From Squalus acanthias (taxonomy: Eukaryota): a stretch of 64,000 nucleotides of DNA. The notes beneath the pieces were generated by a model, which had not been told where the DNA came from, ran no database searches, and saw nothing but the letters and a program-made list of their open reading frames with translations. The stretch covers positions 112,656,001 to 112,720,000 of the forward strand of contig CM059432.1 of assembly GCA_030390025.1 (NCBI GenBank), in the 5' to 3' direction. A program made the position numbers and the translations under genes. This document shows positions 41,469 through 53,137 of this stretch, in pieces (within the stretch, counting starts at the first letter, position 1; the number at the start of each line of letters is the position of its first letter).

Positions 41469-43220
41469 GGGCTGGAATTTTGCCGTGCTCAGAGGGCGGT
41501 TTCAGAGGTGGGTCCATCAAAATAGAAAAGATTGACAGCGGGTTGGGATCCCACTGTCAACCCGCTTCCATGTCAGTTTCCCAAGTGCCGGGACTGTCTG
41601 CGCTTTACAGACCCGACACCAGAGCCAGTTGACATAGTTAAGAGCTTGTTAAAAGGTACTTAAACAGCATTTTACCATGTACTTACCATTTTTTCAGCTT
41701 TTTGACGAGTTTCGCGGCGCTCAGGGATCACATCAGGTAAGTAGGTCGGGTTTTCAATGACTCTGAATTGCTCTGAATAGGTGACAGCTGCAAAAGTGGT
41801 ATAAAAGCTACCATTTCACAACTGTTCATTTTCCAATGTTAGAAGCTGGAGCCTTCAGGAGTTGGAATACACTTTTCAGCTTTATGCAGGTTGAAAGTGT
41901 TGGGAGTCAACTCACTGTCACCTCCTTGGAGTAACCTCTCTCACCATTGACCGATCACTTCTGTCATCTCAACTTCAGCTGCCATCTATTCCAGCAGCAT
42001 CGGTACCTTGAAAAAATCTCACCATGGTCCTCAGAATCCCACCACAATCAGCCCCAACACCAACGTCACCAGGGACACCAGCATCACCAACAACAACACC
42101 AACCTGCTCTGCAATCACCTGATGCTGCACAGGACACAGGGCATCAGCATCGACCACATTGCTGCCCAGGAGGCATGGGATGGCCTCACCATGGCCAGAT
42201 TTACTTCACTTGACGCTGTACACCCTGGCTGCCACATGATGCACCAGGTTGGCACCACCCCACACCAGCACCATAAAGCATCCCTGCAATGCCCAAGCCA
42301 TTCCTTTCACATTCATCACCATTGCGGGATGTACCATTGTGTCTCACCATTCACTGTAATTCACTAAGCCATTTCCAAGCCAATCTGTCCAAGAAGGCAA
42401 AGTGTTGAAAATAAAGATTTCAATGTTTGGCAACATATCAACAGAAACTTTATATGAACATTGGCGAAAACACCCAAGTGCCTACCCTTGTGTGTTGTTA
42501 GTTGGTATGATTGGACTAGGATGAGGGTGAGTGTGAGGGGTGGCTAGTGAGATGGGGATGTGATGATGTAGATAGAGAGAGAGGGGTGGGTGGAGGTGTA
42601 AGGTAAGTTGGTATGAGTAAGGATGTGCAGGAGTAGGGTAGGGAAGGCAGAGTGATGGGGATGTAATGAGTGGCACAGCAGGATGAGGTTCAGTGTGGCT
42701 TTGCAGTAACGTTTCGTGATCTACTGAGATCATTGAAAGGTTTGCGCCACTGCAGCCAGGTCCTCCTGACGATATCCCTCCTGTGCAATGTGCAACCAGG
42801 CTGCGTTGGAGCCTGGGGAGGTCTCTTCCACCCATTGGAAGGGAAGAGAACCTCCCTGCGTGATGTGACTCCCTCCATAAGCATATGGAGGGAGTCATGG
42901 GAGAGCCTGTGTGCAGCCGTGCACCTCTGTGCAGTGCTTGTCAGTGTTTACAACACCTCAATGCTGTAGAACACTGACAGCACAAATGTCAAAATGAATG
43001 TGGACATGGCCCCTTTAAGGAAACCGGCTGATGATGCATCATTAAATGACGTCATCAGACCCGCTTCCTTTTAATTGGCTGGGAACCTCGCAGGGCGGGC
43101 TTAACAAGCCCCATCAACAGAAAATTCTTCTCACACAGCGGGATGGAGCCGGGAGCAGGGTCGCAACCCGCCACTTACCTCGGCTGCACTGAGCCCACCT
43201 TGGTAGGCGAAATCGCAGCC
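41469..43220. mobile_element. Non-autonomous Harbinger derivative (family of 30700-32238)
   Basis: Ends GGGCTGGAATTTT / GAAATCGCAGCC; retains a transposase C-terminal remnant (QEAWDGLTMARF) and a Myb remnant (WLQWRKPFNDLSR). Confidence 0.8.
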
Positions 43221-44640
43221 AGAGAGTAAGGTGAAGCAGAAAAAGAGTGCTTATGACAGATGTCAGGTTGAGAATACATCTGAGAATCAGGCTAAATATA
43301 GAAAGTTCAGAGGAGAAGTGAAAAAGAAAATCAGAGGGGAAAAGAGAGGGTATGAGAATAGATTGGCAGCTAACATAAAAGGAAATCCAAATGTCTTCGA
43401 CAGGCATAGAAATAGTAAACGGGTAGTAAGAGGAGGGGTGGGACCGATTAGGGACCAAAAACGTGACCTACGCATGGAGGCAGAGGGTATGGCTGAGGTA
43501 TGAAATGAGTACTTTGCATCTATCTTCACCGAGCAAGAAGATGCTGCCATTGACATAGTGAAGGAGGAGGTAGAGGAGATACTGGATGGGATACAAATTG
43601 ATAAAAACAAGGTACTAGAAAGGCTGGCTGAACTTAAAGTAGATAAGTCACCAGGACCGGATGGGATGCATCCTAGGACACTGAGGAAAGTGAAGGAAGA
43701 AATCACGGAGGTACTGGCCATAATCTTCCAATCCTCCTTAGAAACGGGGGTGGTGCCAGAGGACTGGAGAATTGTAACTGTTACACCCTTGTTCATAAAA
43801 GGGTGTAAAGATAAACCCAGCAACTATAGGCCAGTCAGTTTAACGTCGGTAGTGTGGAAGCTTTTAGAAACAATAATCAGGGACAAAATTAACAGTCACT
43901 TGGACAAATGTGGATTAATTAAGGAAAGCCAGCACGGATTTGTTAAAGGCAAATCATGTTTAAACAATTTGATCGAGTTTTTTGATGAGGTAACAGAGAG
44001 GGTTGATGAGGGCAATGCGGTTGACATGGTGTACATGGATTTCCAAAAGGCGTTCGACAAAGTGCCACATAATTGGCTTGCCAGCAAAGTTGAAGCCCAT
44101 GGAATAAAATGGACAGTAGCAGCATGGATACGAAATTGGCTAAGTGACAGGAAACAGAGAGTAGTGGTGAACGGTTGTTTTTCGGACTGGAGGAAGGTAT
44201 ACAGTGGTGTTCCCCAGGGGTCGGTTCTAGGACCACTGCTTTTCTTGATATATATTAATGACTTGGATGTGGGTGTACAGGACACAATTTCAAAATTTGC
44301 AGATGACACAAAACTTGGAAGTATAGTGAACAGTGAGGAAGATAGTGATAGACTTCAGGAGGACATAGACAGACTGGTGGAATAGGCGGACATGTGGCAG
44401 ATGAAATTTAATGCAGAAAAATGCAAAGTGATACATTTTGGTAGAGAGAGTACAAAAGCTTGGTAATTATGATGAACCTGTATAAAACACTGGTTTGGCC
44501 TCAACTGGAGTATTGTGTCCAATTCTGGGCACCGCACTTTAGGAAGGATGTGATGGCCATAGAGAGGGTGCAGAAAAGATTTACGAGAATGATTGCAGGG
44601 ATGAGGGTCTTCAGTTACGTGGATAGACTGGAGAAGCTGG

Positions 44641-47600
44641 ATTTAGAAGCATAGAAGATAGGAGCAGGAGTAGGCCATTCGGCCCCTCGAGCCTGCTCCG
44701 CCATTTAATGAGATCATCCAAATTCAGTACCCTGTCCCTGCTTTCTCCCCATATCCCTTGATCCCAAGGCCTTAAGAAATATATCTATCTCCTTCTTGAA
44801 TATATTTAATGAATTGGCCTCAACTGCCTTCTGTGGTAGAGAATTCCACAGGTTCACCACTCTCTGAGTGAAGAAATTGCTCCTCATCTCAGTCCAAAAT
44901 GGCTTACAACTTATCCTTAGACTGTGACCTCTGGTTCTGGACTCCCCCGCCATCGGGAACATCCTTCCTGCATCTAGTCTGTCTAGTCCTGTAAGAATTT
45001 TATAAGTTTCAATGAGATCCCCTCTCATTCTTCGAAACTCTAGCGAATATAAGCCCAATCGACCCAATCTCTCTTCATACGTCATTCCTGCCATCCCAGG
45101 TATCAGTCTCGTAAATCTTCGCTGCACTCCCTCCATGGCAAGAACATCCTTGCTCAGATAAGGCGACCAAAACTGCACACAATACTCAAGGTGTCGTCTC
45201 ACCAAGGCCTTGTACAACTGCAGCAAGACATCCTTGCTCCTGTACTCGAATCCTCTCGCTATGAAGGCCAACATACCATTGGCCTTCTTAACCGCCTGCT
45301 GCACCTGCATGCTTACCTTCAGCGACTGGTGCACAAGGACTCCCAGATCTCTTTGCACTTCCCCTTTTCCCAATCTATTGCCGTTCAGATAATAATCTGT
45401 CTTCCTGTTTTTGCCACCAAAGTGGATAACCTCACATTTATCCACATTATACTGCATCTGCCATGCATCTGCCCAATCACCCAACCTGTCCAAATCATAC
45501 TGGAGTTTCTCTGCATCCTCCTCACAGCACACACGCCCACCCAGCTTTGTGTCGTCTGCAAACTCAGAGATATTACATCTAGTTCCCTCGTCTGGATCAT
45601 TAATATATATTGTGAATAGCTGGGGTCCTAGCACCGATCCCTGTGGTACCCCACTAGTCACTGCCTGCCAGTCGGAAAAAGACCCGTTTATTCCAACTCT
45701 TTGCCTCCTGTCTGCCAACCAGTTATCTATCCAAATCAGTACCTTACCCCCAATCCCATGTGCTTTAACTTTGCACGCTAATCTCTTATGCGGGACCTTA
45801 TCGAAAGCCTTCTGAAAGTCCAAATACACCACATTCACTGTTTCTCCCTTATCTATTCTACCAGTTACATCCTCAAAAAATTCCAGTAGATTAGTCAGGC
45901 ATGATTTCCCTTTTGTAAATCTATGTTGACTTTGTCCGATCCTGTCACTGTTTTCCAAGTGCTCTGCTATTACATCTTTTATAATGGACTCTAGCATTTT
46001 GCCCACTACCGATGTCAGGCTATAATTCCCCATTTTTTCTCTACCACTTTTTTTAAATACATTAACTACCCTCCAATCCATGGGAACTGTTCCAGAGTCT
46101 AGAGAATTTTGAAAGATGACCAGCAATGCATCTATTATTTCTAGGGCCACTTCCTTAAGTACCCTAGGATGTAGATTATCAGGCCCTGGGGATTTATCGG
46201 CCTTCAATCCCGTCAATTTCCCTAACACCATTTCCCTCCAAATACTGATTTCATTCAATTCCTCCCTCTCATTAGACCCTATGTTCCCCGACATCTCTGG
46301 GAGTTTATTTGTGTCCTCCTTTGTGAAGACAGAACCAAAGTATGTATTTAATTGGTCAGCCATTTCTTTGTTCCCCATTATAAATTCCCCTGATTCTGAC
46401 TGCAAGGGACCTACGCTTGACTTCACCAATCTTTTTCTTTTCACATATCTATAAAAGCTTTTTCAGTCAGTTTTTATGTTCCCTGCAAGCTTACTCTCAT
46501 ATTCTATTTTCCCCCTCTTAATTAATCCCTTTGTCCTCCTGTGCTGAATCCTAAACTGCTCCCAATCCTCAGGTTTGCTGCTTTTTCTGGCCAATTTATA
46601 TGTCCTCTCCTTGGATCTTATGCTATCCCTAATTTCCCTTGTTAGCCACAGTTGAGTCACCTTTTTTGTTTTATTTTTATGCCAAACAGGGATGAACAAA
46701 TTCTGTAGTTCATCCATGCGATCTTTAAATGTTTGCCATTGCCTATCCACCGTCAACTCTTTAACGCTCCCCAATCCATCCTAGCCAACTCGCGCCTCAT
46801 ACTATCGTAGTTTCCTTTATTTAAATTCAGGACCCTAGTCTCTGAGTCAACTACTTCACTCTCCATCTTAATGAAGAATTCTATCATATTATGATCGCTC
46901 CTCCCCAAGGGGCCTCGCACAACAAGACTGCTAATTAATCCTTTCTCATTACATAATACCCAGTCTAAGATGGCCTGATCTCTAGTTGGTTCCTCGACAT
47001 ATTGGTCCAGGAAACCATCCCGTATACACTCTAGGAATTCCTCCTCCACAGTATTGTTACTAATTTGGTTAGCCCAATCTATATGTAAATTATAGTCACC
47101 CATGATAACTGCTGTGCCCTTATTGCACGCATCTCTAATTTTCCATTTAATCCATCCCCAACCTCAGCATTACTGTTTGAGGGTCTGTATACAACTCCCA
47201 CTAACGTTTTCTGCCCCATGGTATTTCTCAGCTCTACCCATACAGATTCCACATCATCAGAGCTAATATCCTTCCTTACTATTATGTTAATCTCCTCTTT
47301 AACCAGCAATGCTACCCCACCTCCTTTTCCTTTTTGTCTGTCCTTCCTGAATATTGAATACCCCTGGATGTTGAATTCCCAGCCTTGGTCACCCTGGAGC
47401 CATGTCTCCGTAATCCCAATTATATCATATCCGTTTACATCTATTTGCGCAGCTAATTCATCCACCTTATTACGAATGCTCCTCGCATTAAGACACAAAG
47501 CCTTCAGGCTTGTTTTTTTAACACTCTTAGTCCTTTTAGAATTATTATTTACTGTAGCCCTGTTTGATTTACACCCTTGATTTCTCTGCCTTCCACTTTT

Positions 47601-49053
47601 GCTTTTCTCCTTCCTGTCTTTTGCTTCTATCCTTGATTCCCTTTCCTCTGTTTCCCTGCACAGGTTCCCAACCCCCTGCCATTTTAGTTTAAACCCTCCC
47701 CAACAGCACTAGCAAACACTCCCCCCAGGACATTTGTCCTGGTCCCGCCCAGGTGCAAACCGTCCAGTTTGTACTGGTCCCACCTCCCCCAGAACCGGTT
47801 CCAATGTCCCAGGAATTTGAATCCCTCCCCCTTGCACCATTCCTCTAGCCACGTATTCATCTGAAATATCCTTCTATTTCTACTCTGACTAGCACGTGGC
47901 ACCGGTAGCAATCCTGAGATTACTACCTTTGAGGTCCTATTTTTTAATTTACCTCCTAACTCCCTATATTCAGCCTTTAGTACCTCATCCCGTTTTTTAC
48001 CTATATCGTTGGTACCTATATGCACCACGACAACAGGCTGTTCACTCTCCCCCTCCAGAATGCCCTGCAGCCGCTCCGAGACATCCTTGATCCTTGCACC
48101 AGGGAGGCAACATACCATCCTGGAGTCTCGTTTGCGGCCGCAGAAACGCCTATCTATTCCCCTTACAATAGAATCCTCTATCACTATAGCTCTCCCGCTC
48201 TTTTTCCTCCCGTCCTGTGCAGCAAAACCACCCATGGTGCCAGGAAGTTGGTTGCTGCTGCCTTCCCCTGATAAGCCATCTCCCTCAACAATATCCAAAG
48301 TGGTATATCTGTTTGAGAGGGGGATGTCCACAGGGGACCCCTGCACTATCTGCCTGCACCTATTACTCTGCCTCGTGGTCACCCATTCCCTTCCTGCCTG
48401 TGCAGCCTTTACCTGCGGTGTGACCAACTCCCTAAACGTGCTATCCACGATGTCCTCAGCATCGCGAATGCTCCAGTATGCATCCATTCGCAGCTCCAGC
48501 GACACAATGCGGTCTGCCAGTAGCTGCAGCTGGATACACTTCCCGCACACATGGTCAACAGAGACACAGGAAGTGTCCCTGATTTCCCACATAGTGCAGG
48601 AGGAACATGCCACGGGGCTGAGCTGTGCTGCCATGACTTATCCTTTAATTAATTTAAATGAACTCAAATCAATACCTCAAATTACACGACAATTAAATGA
48701 TATACTCAAGGGCCCTTGTATACTAGCACTCCCTGCTACACAACAGAGACCTTAGAAACTAAATTTAAAAAATAGACTTTCTGATTTTTTTTTCTTTAAT
48801 ATATTTTGAATTAGGACCTACTAAACTTTATAAACTATTAACCTTAACTGTCAAACTACAGAGCAGTATAAATACTCACCTAGCCGTACTCACCCAATCC
48901 GCTGCTTCCTCTTGTCCACGTCACTTTTTGAATTGTGACGTGGCTCTGGAACGCCGCCGCCGGTCTGTGAGATTGGTAAGCCTCTGCAAAAAATCCCGCT
49001 AAAGTGAGTTTAAATACTCACTGTGCTGCTGCTCTCTCCGCTCGCGACACTGG
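44641..49053 (-). mobile_element. Apparently full-length CR1 LINE (~4.4 kb)
   Basis: 5'UTR, intact ORF1, ORF2 with few disablements (CLNARS, GITETW, GDYN, SDH, FADD) and 3'UTR with CR1 tail. Confidence 0.93.
47684..48634 (-). CDS. CR1 ORF1p, 316 aa (CxxC...CxxC zinc finger, leucine zipper, SGNH esterase)
   Basis: Uninterrupted ORF: CSSC...CGKC, LQLLADRIVSLELRM, VIEDSIVR, HIGTND, DGLH. Confidence 0.85.
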   Translation of the reverse strand: MAAQLSPVACSSCTMWEIRDTSCVSVDHVCGKCIQLQLLADRIVSLELRMDAYWSIRDAEDIVDSTFRELVTPQVKAAQAGREWVTTRQSNRCRQIVQGSPVDIPLSNRYTTLDIVEGDGLSGEGSSNQLPGTMGGFAAQDGRKKSGRAIVIEDSIVRGIDRRFCGRKRDSRMVCCLPGARIKDVSERLQGILEGESEQPVVVVHIGTNDIGKKRDEVLKAEYRELGGKLKNRTSKVVISGLLPVPRASQSRNRRIFQMNTWLEEWCKGEGFKFLGHWNRFWGRWDQYKLDGLHLGGTRTNVLGGVFASAVGEGLN

Positions 49054-50294
49054 CCTCCTTAGAGCAGAAAAGATTGAGAGGAGATTTGATGGAGGTGTTC
49101 AAAATCATGAGGGGTCTGGACAAAGTAAATAGAGAAAAACTGTTCCCATTGGCAGAGGGGTTGAGAACCAGAGGACACAGGTTTAAGGTGATTGGCAAAA
49201 GAACCAAAGGTGACGTAAGAAAAAACTTTTTTTACGCAGCGAGTGGTTAGGTTCTGGAATGCACTGCCTGAAAGGGTGGTGGAGGCAGATTCAATTGTTG
49301 CTTTCAAAAGGGAATTGGATAAGTCCCTGAAAGAAAAAAAATTGCAGGGCTGCGGGGAAAGGGCGGGGGAGTGGGACTAGTTGAAGTGCTCTTGCAGAGA
49401 GCCGGCACAGGCTCGATGGGCCGAATGGCCTTCTTCCATGCTGTAACCATTCTATGATTCCATTGCCTGGACCGCTCTGGAGGAGCCCTGCAGTGCTCAG
49501 CTGAGCGGGTATCAAGATTTATGGTTTTATGCTGCATGCTGCGCAACCTGGCCATTAAGAGGGAACAGCCCTTGCCACCGTATATTAGGCGAGAAGCTGA
49601 GGCGCAGGAGCACGAGGAAGAGGAGGAGACAGAGGAAAAGGAAGTGGAGGAGGAGAATGTGCAACAGGAAGTGGAGAAACACGAAGAAGAAGGGAGACTA
49701 CAACAGAAACAGCCCCTTTATGACCGGGATCTACATGACTAAATAATTAATGAGCGATACCAGTAACCTCAACCACACCTCCCCATTCACCAACAGTCCC
49801 ATGCTGCTTACCTTTCCTCTATCACTGACCATCACATCGTCCTCTTTCTAACAACACAATAATAAAAACCACCAGAAAATGCACATTCTAATCCAATTTT
49901 ATAAATTCAATAATGACATAATGCATACAGAAATAGACTCACCCTTGTGCCTTTGCCTCTCCTAGTGCTCGTACGAGGTGCTTCCCCAGTGGCTGCAGCA
50001 TGGGTGGTGGAAGGCTGCTGATGTTCAATTGAGAAGACTGTACATGGCCTTGGAGGGTGACTTCGAGCCGCTCTGGGCCTAGAAGGCCCGGCTTCAGACA
50101 GCACCATCGCTGCCTGGGCTGCAGCAGTCTGGGCTCCCTGGCTGACAGGCAACAGTAATTGCACTGACAGAGTGGCAGGAATGGGAGCAGGAATGCTGTC
50201 ATCATTAGACGCGGAGATGCCGGTGTTGGACTGGGGTGGACAAAAATGAGAAGTCGCACAACACCAGGTTATAGTCCAACAGTTTTATTTGAAA

Positions 50295-50331
50295 TCACGA
50301 GCTTTCGGAGCGCTGCTCCTTCATCAGGTAA
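50295..50331 (-). ncRNA. Minimal type I hammerhead ribozyme, left pLTR
   Basis: Reverse complement UUAC-CUGAUGA-A-GGAGC-AGC-GCUCC-GAA-AGCU-C-GUGA. Confidence 0.8.
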
Positions 50332-50418
50332 AGTGAAGGAATACAAATCAGCAAAGCATATATAGACAGAGAACAATGTGTAGCGTACAATGTCAGACGA
50401 CTACAGTAAATCTTACTG

Positions 50419-50902
50419 GGGCAACACGGTGGCATAGTGGTTAGCACTGGTGCCTCACAGCGCCAGAGACCCGGGTTCGAATCTGACCTCGGGTGACTGT
50501 CTGTGTGGAGTTTGCACATTCTCCCCGTGTCTGCGTGGGTTTCCTCCGGGTGCTCCGGTTTCCTCCCACAGTCCAAAAATGTGTGGGTTAGGTTGATTTG
50601 GCTATGATAAATTGACCCTTAGTGTTAGGGGGGATTAAATATGTGGGGTTATGGGGATAGGATGGGATATGTTAGGGGGGATTAAATATGTGGGGTTATG
50701 GGGATAGGATGGGATATGTTAGGGGGAATTAAATACGTGGGGTTACGGGGGTAGGGTGGGATATGTGTACTGTGGGGATTAAAGCAGGGACAGGGTACTG
50801 GATTTGGATGATCAGCCATGATCGTATTGAATGGCGGAGCAGGCTCGACGGGCCGAATGGCCTACTCCTGCTCCTAGATTCTATGTTTCTATGTTTCTAT
50901 GT
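50419..50902 (+). mobile_element. HE1-like V-SINE inserted in the left pLTR
   Basis: tRNA head (TGGCATAGTGG, GGTTCGAATC), V-domain TGTGTGGAGTTTGCACATTCTCCCCGTG, CR1/HER1 tail (TTTCTATG)n; TSD TTACTG; the empty site is visible in the right arm; ~48-bp unit repeated about three times at 50623-50765. Confidence 0.9.
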
Positions 50903-51333
50903 TTACTGACTGCCCTCCATCACACCTCAGCAGAGATACAATCAGGTCAGTCAGGAAGGCATTACATCAAAGACACAGCAAAATACAGCTAAGACAATGA
51001 GATGGGGTCACAGGGGGTCCAACGTGTCAAATGCTGCAGTCTGTATGGTTAAGCTTTTTACTTTTTTTTAAAACTGGAAATCACATCTGTGAACAAGCCA
51101 ACGACGACTCGAGTCTGGATGACTCTACGTCATGTAGCGTGACATGAAACCAAGATCCCGGTTGAGGCCGTCCTCATGGGTGCTGAACTTGGCTATCAGT
51201 TTCTGCTCGATGATTTTGCATTGTCGTGTGTCTCGAAGGCCGCCTTGGAGAACGCTTACCCGCAGATCCGAGGCTGAATGTCCTTGACTGCTGAAGTGTT
51301 CCCCGACTGGGAGGTAACAATCCTGCCTGGTGA

Positions 51334-52800
51334 CAGGGAACCCCCAGCTTCTGTCGCGACACTACAGACTTCTTACAGAAACTCAGCACCCATGGACCAG
51401 TTGAACCAGGAACATTCCTCGCCACGATGGACGTATCGGCACTCTACACCAGTATCCCCCACGATGACGGCATCGCTGCGACAGCCTCAGTACTCAATAC
51501 CAACAACAGCCAATCTCCAGACGCCATCCTACAACTCATCCGCTTCATCCTTGACCACAATGTCTTCACCTTCGACAACCAGTTTTTTACCCAAACACAC
51601 GGAACAGCCATGGGGACCAAATTCGCACCCCAATACGCCAACATCTTCATGCACAAGTTCGAGCAAGACTTCTTCGCTGCACAGGACCTCCAACCAATGC
51701 TGTACACCAGATACATCGACGACATTTTCTTCCTTTGGACCCACGGCGAAGGATCACTGAAAGGACTACATGATAACATCAACAGGTTCCATCCCACCAT
51801 CAAACTCACCATGGACTACTCCTCAGAATCGGTTTCATTCTTGGACACACGAATCTCCATCAAAGACGGACACCTCAGCACTTCACTGTACCGCAAGCCC
51901 ACGGACAACCTCACGATGCTCCACTTCTCCAGCTTCCACCCTAACCACGTTAAAGAAGCCATCCCCTATGGACAAGCCCTGCGAATACACAGGATCTGCT
52001 CAGACGAGGAGGAACGCGATGGACACCTACGGACGCTGAAAGACGCCCTCGTAAGAACGGGATATGACGCTCGACTCGTCGATCGACAGTTCCGACGGGC
52101 CACAGCGAAAAATCGCACAGACCTCCTCAGAAGGCGAACACGGGACACAACCAACAGAGTACCCTACGTCGTCCAGTACTTCCCCGGAGCGGAGAAACTA
52201 CGCCATGTTCTTCGCAGCCTTCAACATGTCATCGATGACGACGAACACCTCGCTAAGGCCATCCCCACGCCTCCACTACTCGCCTTCAAGCAGCCGCCTA
52301 ACCTGAAAAGTACCATCGTTCGCAGCAAATTACCCAGCTGTCAGGAGAACAGCAACCACGACACCACACAACCCTGCCACGGCAACCTCTGCAAGACATG
52401 CCAGATCATCAATACAGATACCATCATCACACGTGAGGACACTACCCACCAGGTACATGGTACATACTCATGTGACTCGGCCAGCGTTGTCTACCTCATA
52501 CGTAGCAGGAAAGGATGCACCGCAGCATGGTACATCGGCGAGACCATGCAGACACTGCGACAACGTATGAACGGACACCGCGCAACAATCGCCAAGCAGG
52601 ATTGTTACCTCCCAGTCGGGGAACACTTCAGCAGTCAAGGACATTCAGCCTCGGATCTGCGGGTAAGCGTTCTCCAAGGCGGCCTTCGAGACACATGACA
52701 ACGCAAAATCATCGAGCAGAAACTGATAGCCAAGTTCAGCACCCATGAGGACGGCCTCAACCGGGATCTTGGTTTCATGTCACGCTACATGACGTAGAGT
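51334..52800 (+). pseudogene. PLE reverse transcriptase plus GIY-YIG endonuclease (5'-truncated; stop at 52698)
   Basis: MDVSALYTSIP, GTAMGT, RYIDD, SFLD, YRKPT, VVYLI...WYIGET; 423-aa open stretch. Confidence 0.92.
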
Positions 52801-53100
52801 CATCCAGACTCGAGTCGTCGTTGGCTTGTTCACAGATGTGATTTCCAGTTTTAAAAAAAAGTAAAAAGCTTAACCATACAGACTGCAGCATTTGACACGT
52901 TGGACCCCCTGTGACCCCACCTCATTGTCTTAGCTGTATTTTGCTGTGTCTTTGATGTAATGCCTTCCTGACTGACCTGATTGTATCTCTGCCGAGGTGT
53001 GATGGAGGGCAGTCAGTAAGATTTACTGTAGTCGTCTGACATTGTACGCTACACATTGTTCTCTGTCTATATATGCTTTGCTGATTTGTATTCCTTCACT

Positions 53101-53137
53101 TTACCTGACGAAGGAGCAGCGCTCCGAAAGCTCGTGA
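53101..53137 (+). ncRNA. Minimal type I hammerhead ribozyme, right pLTR
   Basis: UUAC-CUGACGA-A-GGAGC-AGC-GCUCC-GAA-AGCU-C-GUGA. Confidence 0.8.

Larger units (their letters stand above)
39803..49461 (+). mobile_element. CR1 LINE (partial ORF1, ORF2, 3'UTR) in three pieces: 39803-41468, 43221-44640, ~49054-49461
   Basis: VGDSIVRG esterase; APE at 40590-41460; RT at 43558-44385; C-terminus LEKL|SLEQKRLRGDL rejoins across the inner CR1; tail ATTCTATGATTC. Confidence 0.9.
35688..49766 (+). pseudogene. Harbinger DDE transposase (HARBI1-like) in three pieces: 35688-35901, ~39132-39802, ~49462-49766
   Basis: PPRVFR...FREEV | EICQLL...FYASGSFQ...VQGAIDCMHI...NRKGFYSLNVQ...IEHTIGVLKQRF | CLDRSGGALQ...CCMLRNLAI. 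The pieces join once the CR1 insertions are removed. Confidence 0.88.

Noticed and set aside
40408..48755. Many 100-250 aa ORFs antisense to CR1 ORFs
   Set aside because: Antisense shadows of LINE coding sequence with no independent motifs.
35688..49766. Domesticated HARBI1/NAIF1-type host genes
   Set aside because: Frameshifts, stops, LINE interruptions and enclosing TIRs with TSD mark a dead transposon.
50419..50495. tRNA gene
   Set aside because: It is the head of a V-SINE, continuing into the V-domain and a LINE tail; the same applies to 7204-7256.
50623..50765. CRISPR-like spaced repeats
   Set aside because: Head-to-tail tandem duplication without unique spacers, inside a vertebrate SINE.
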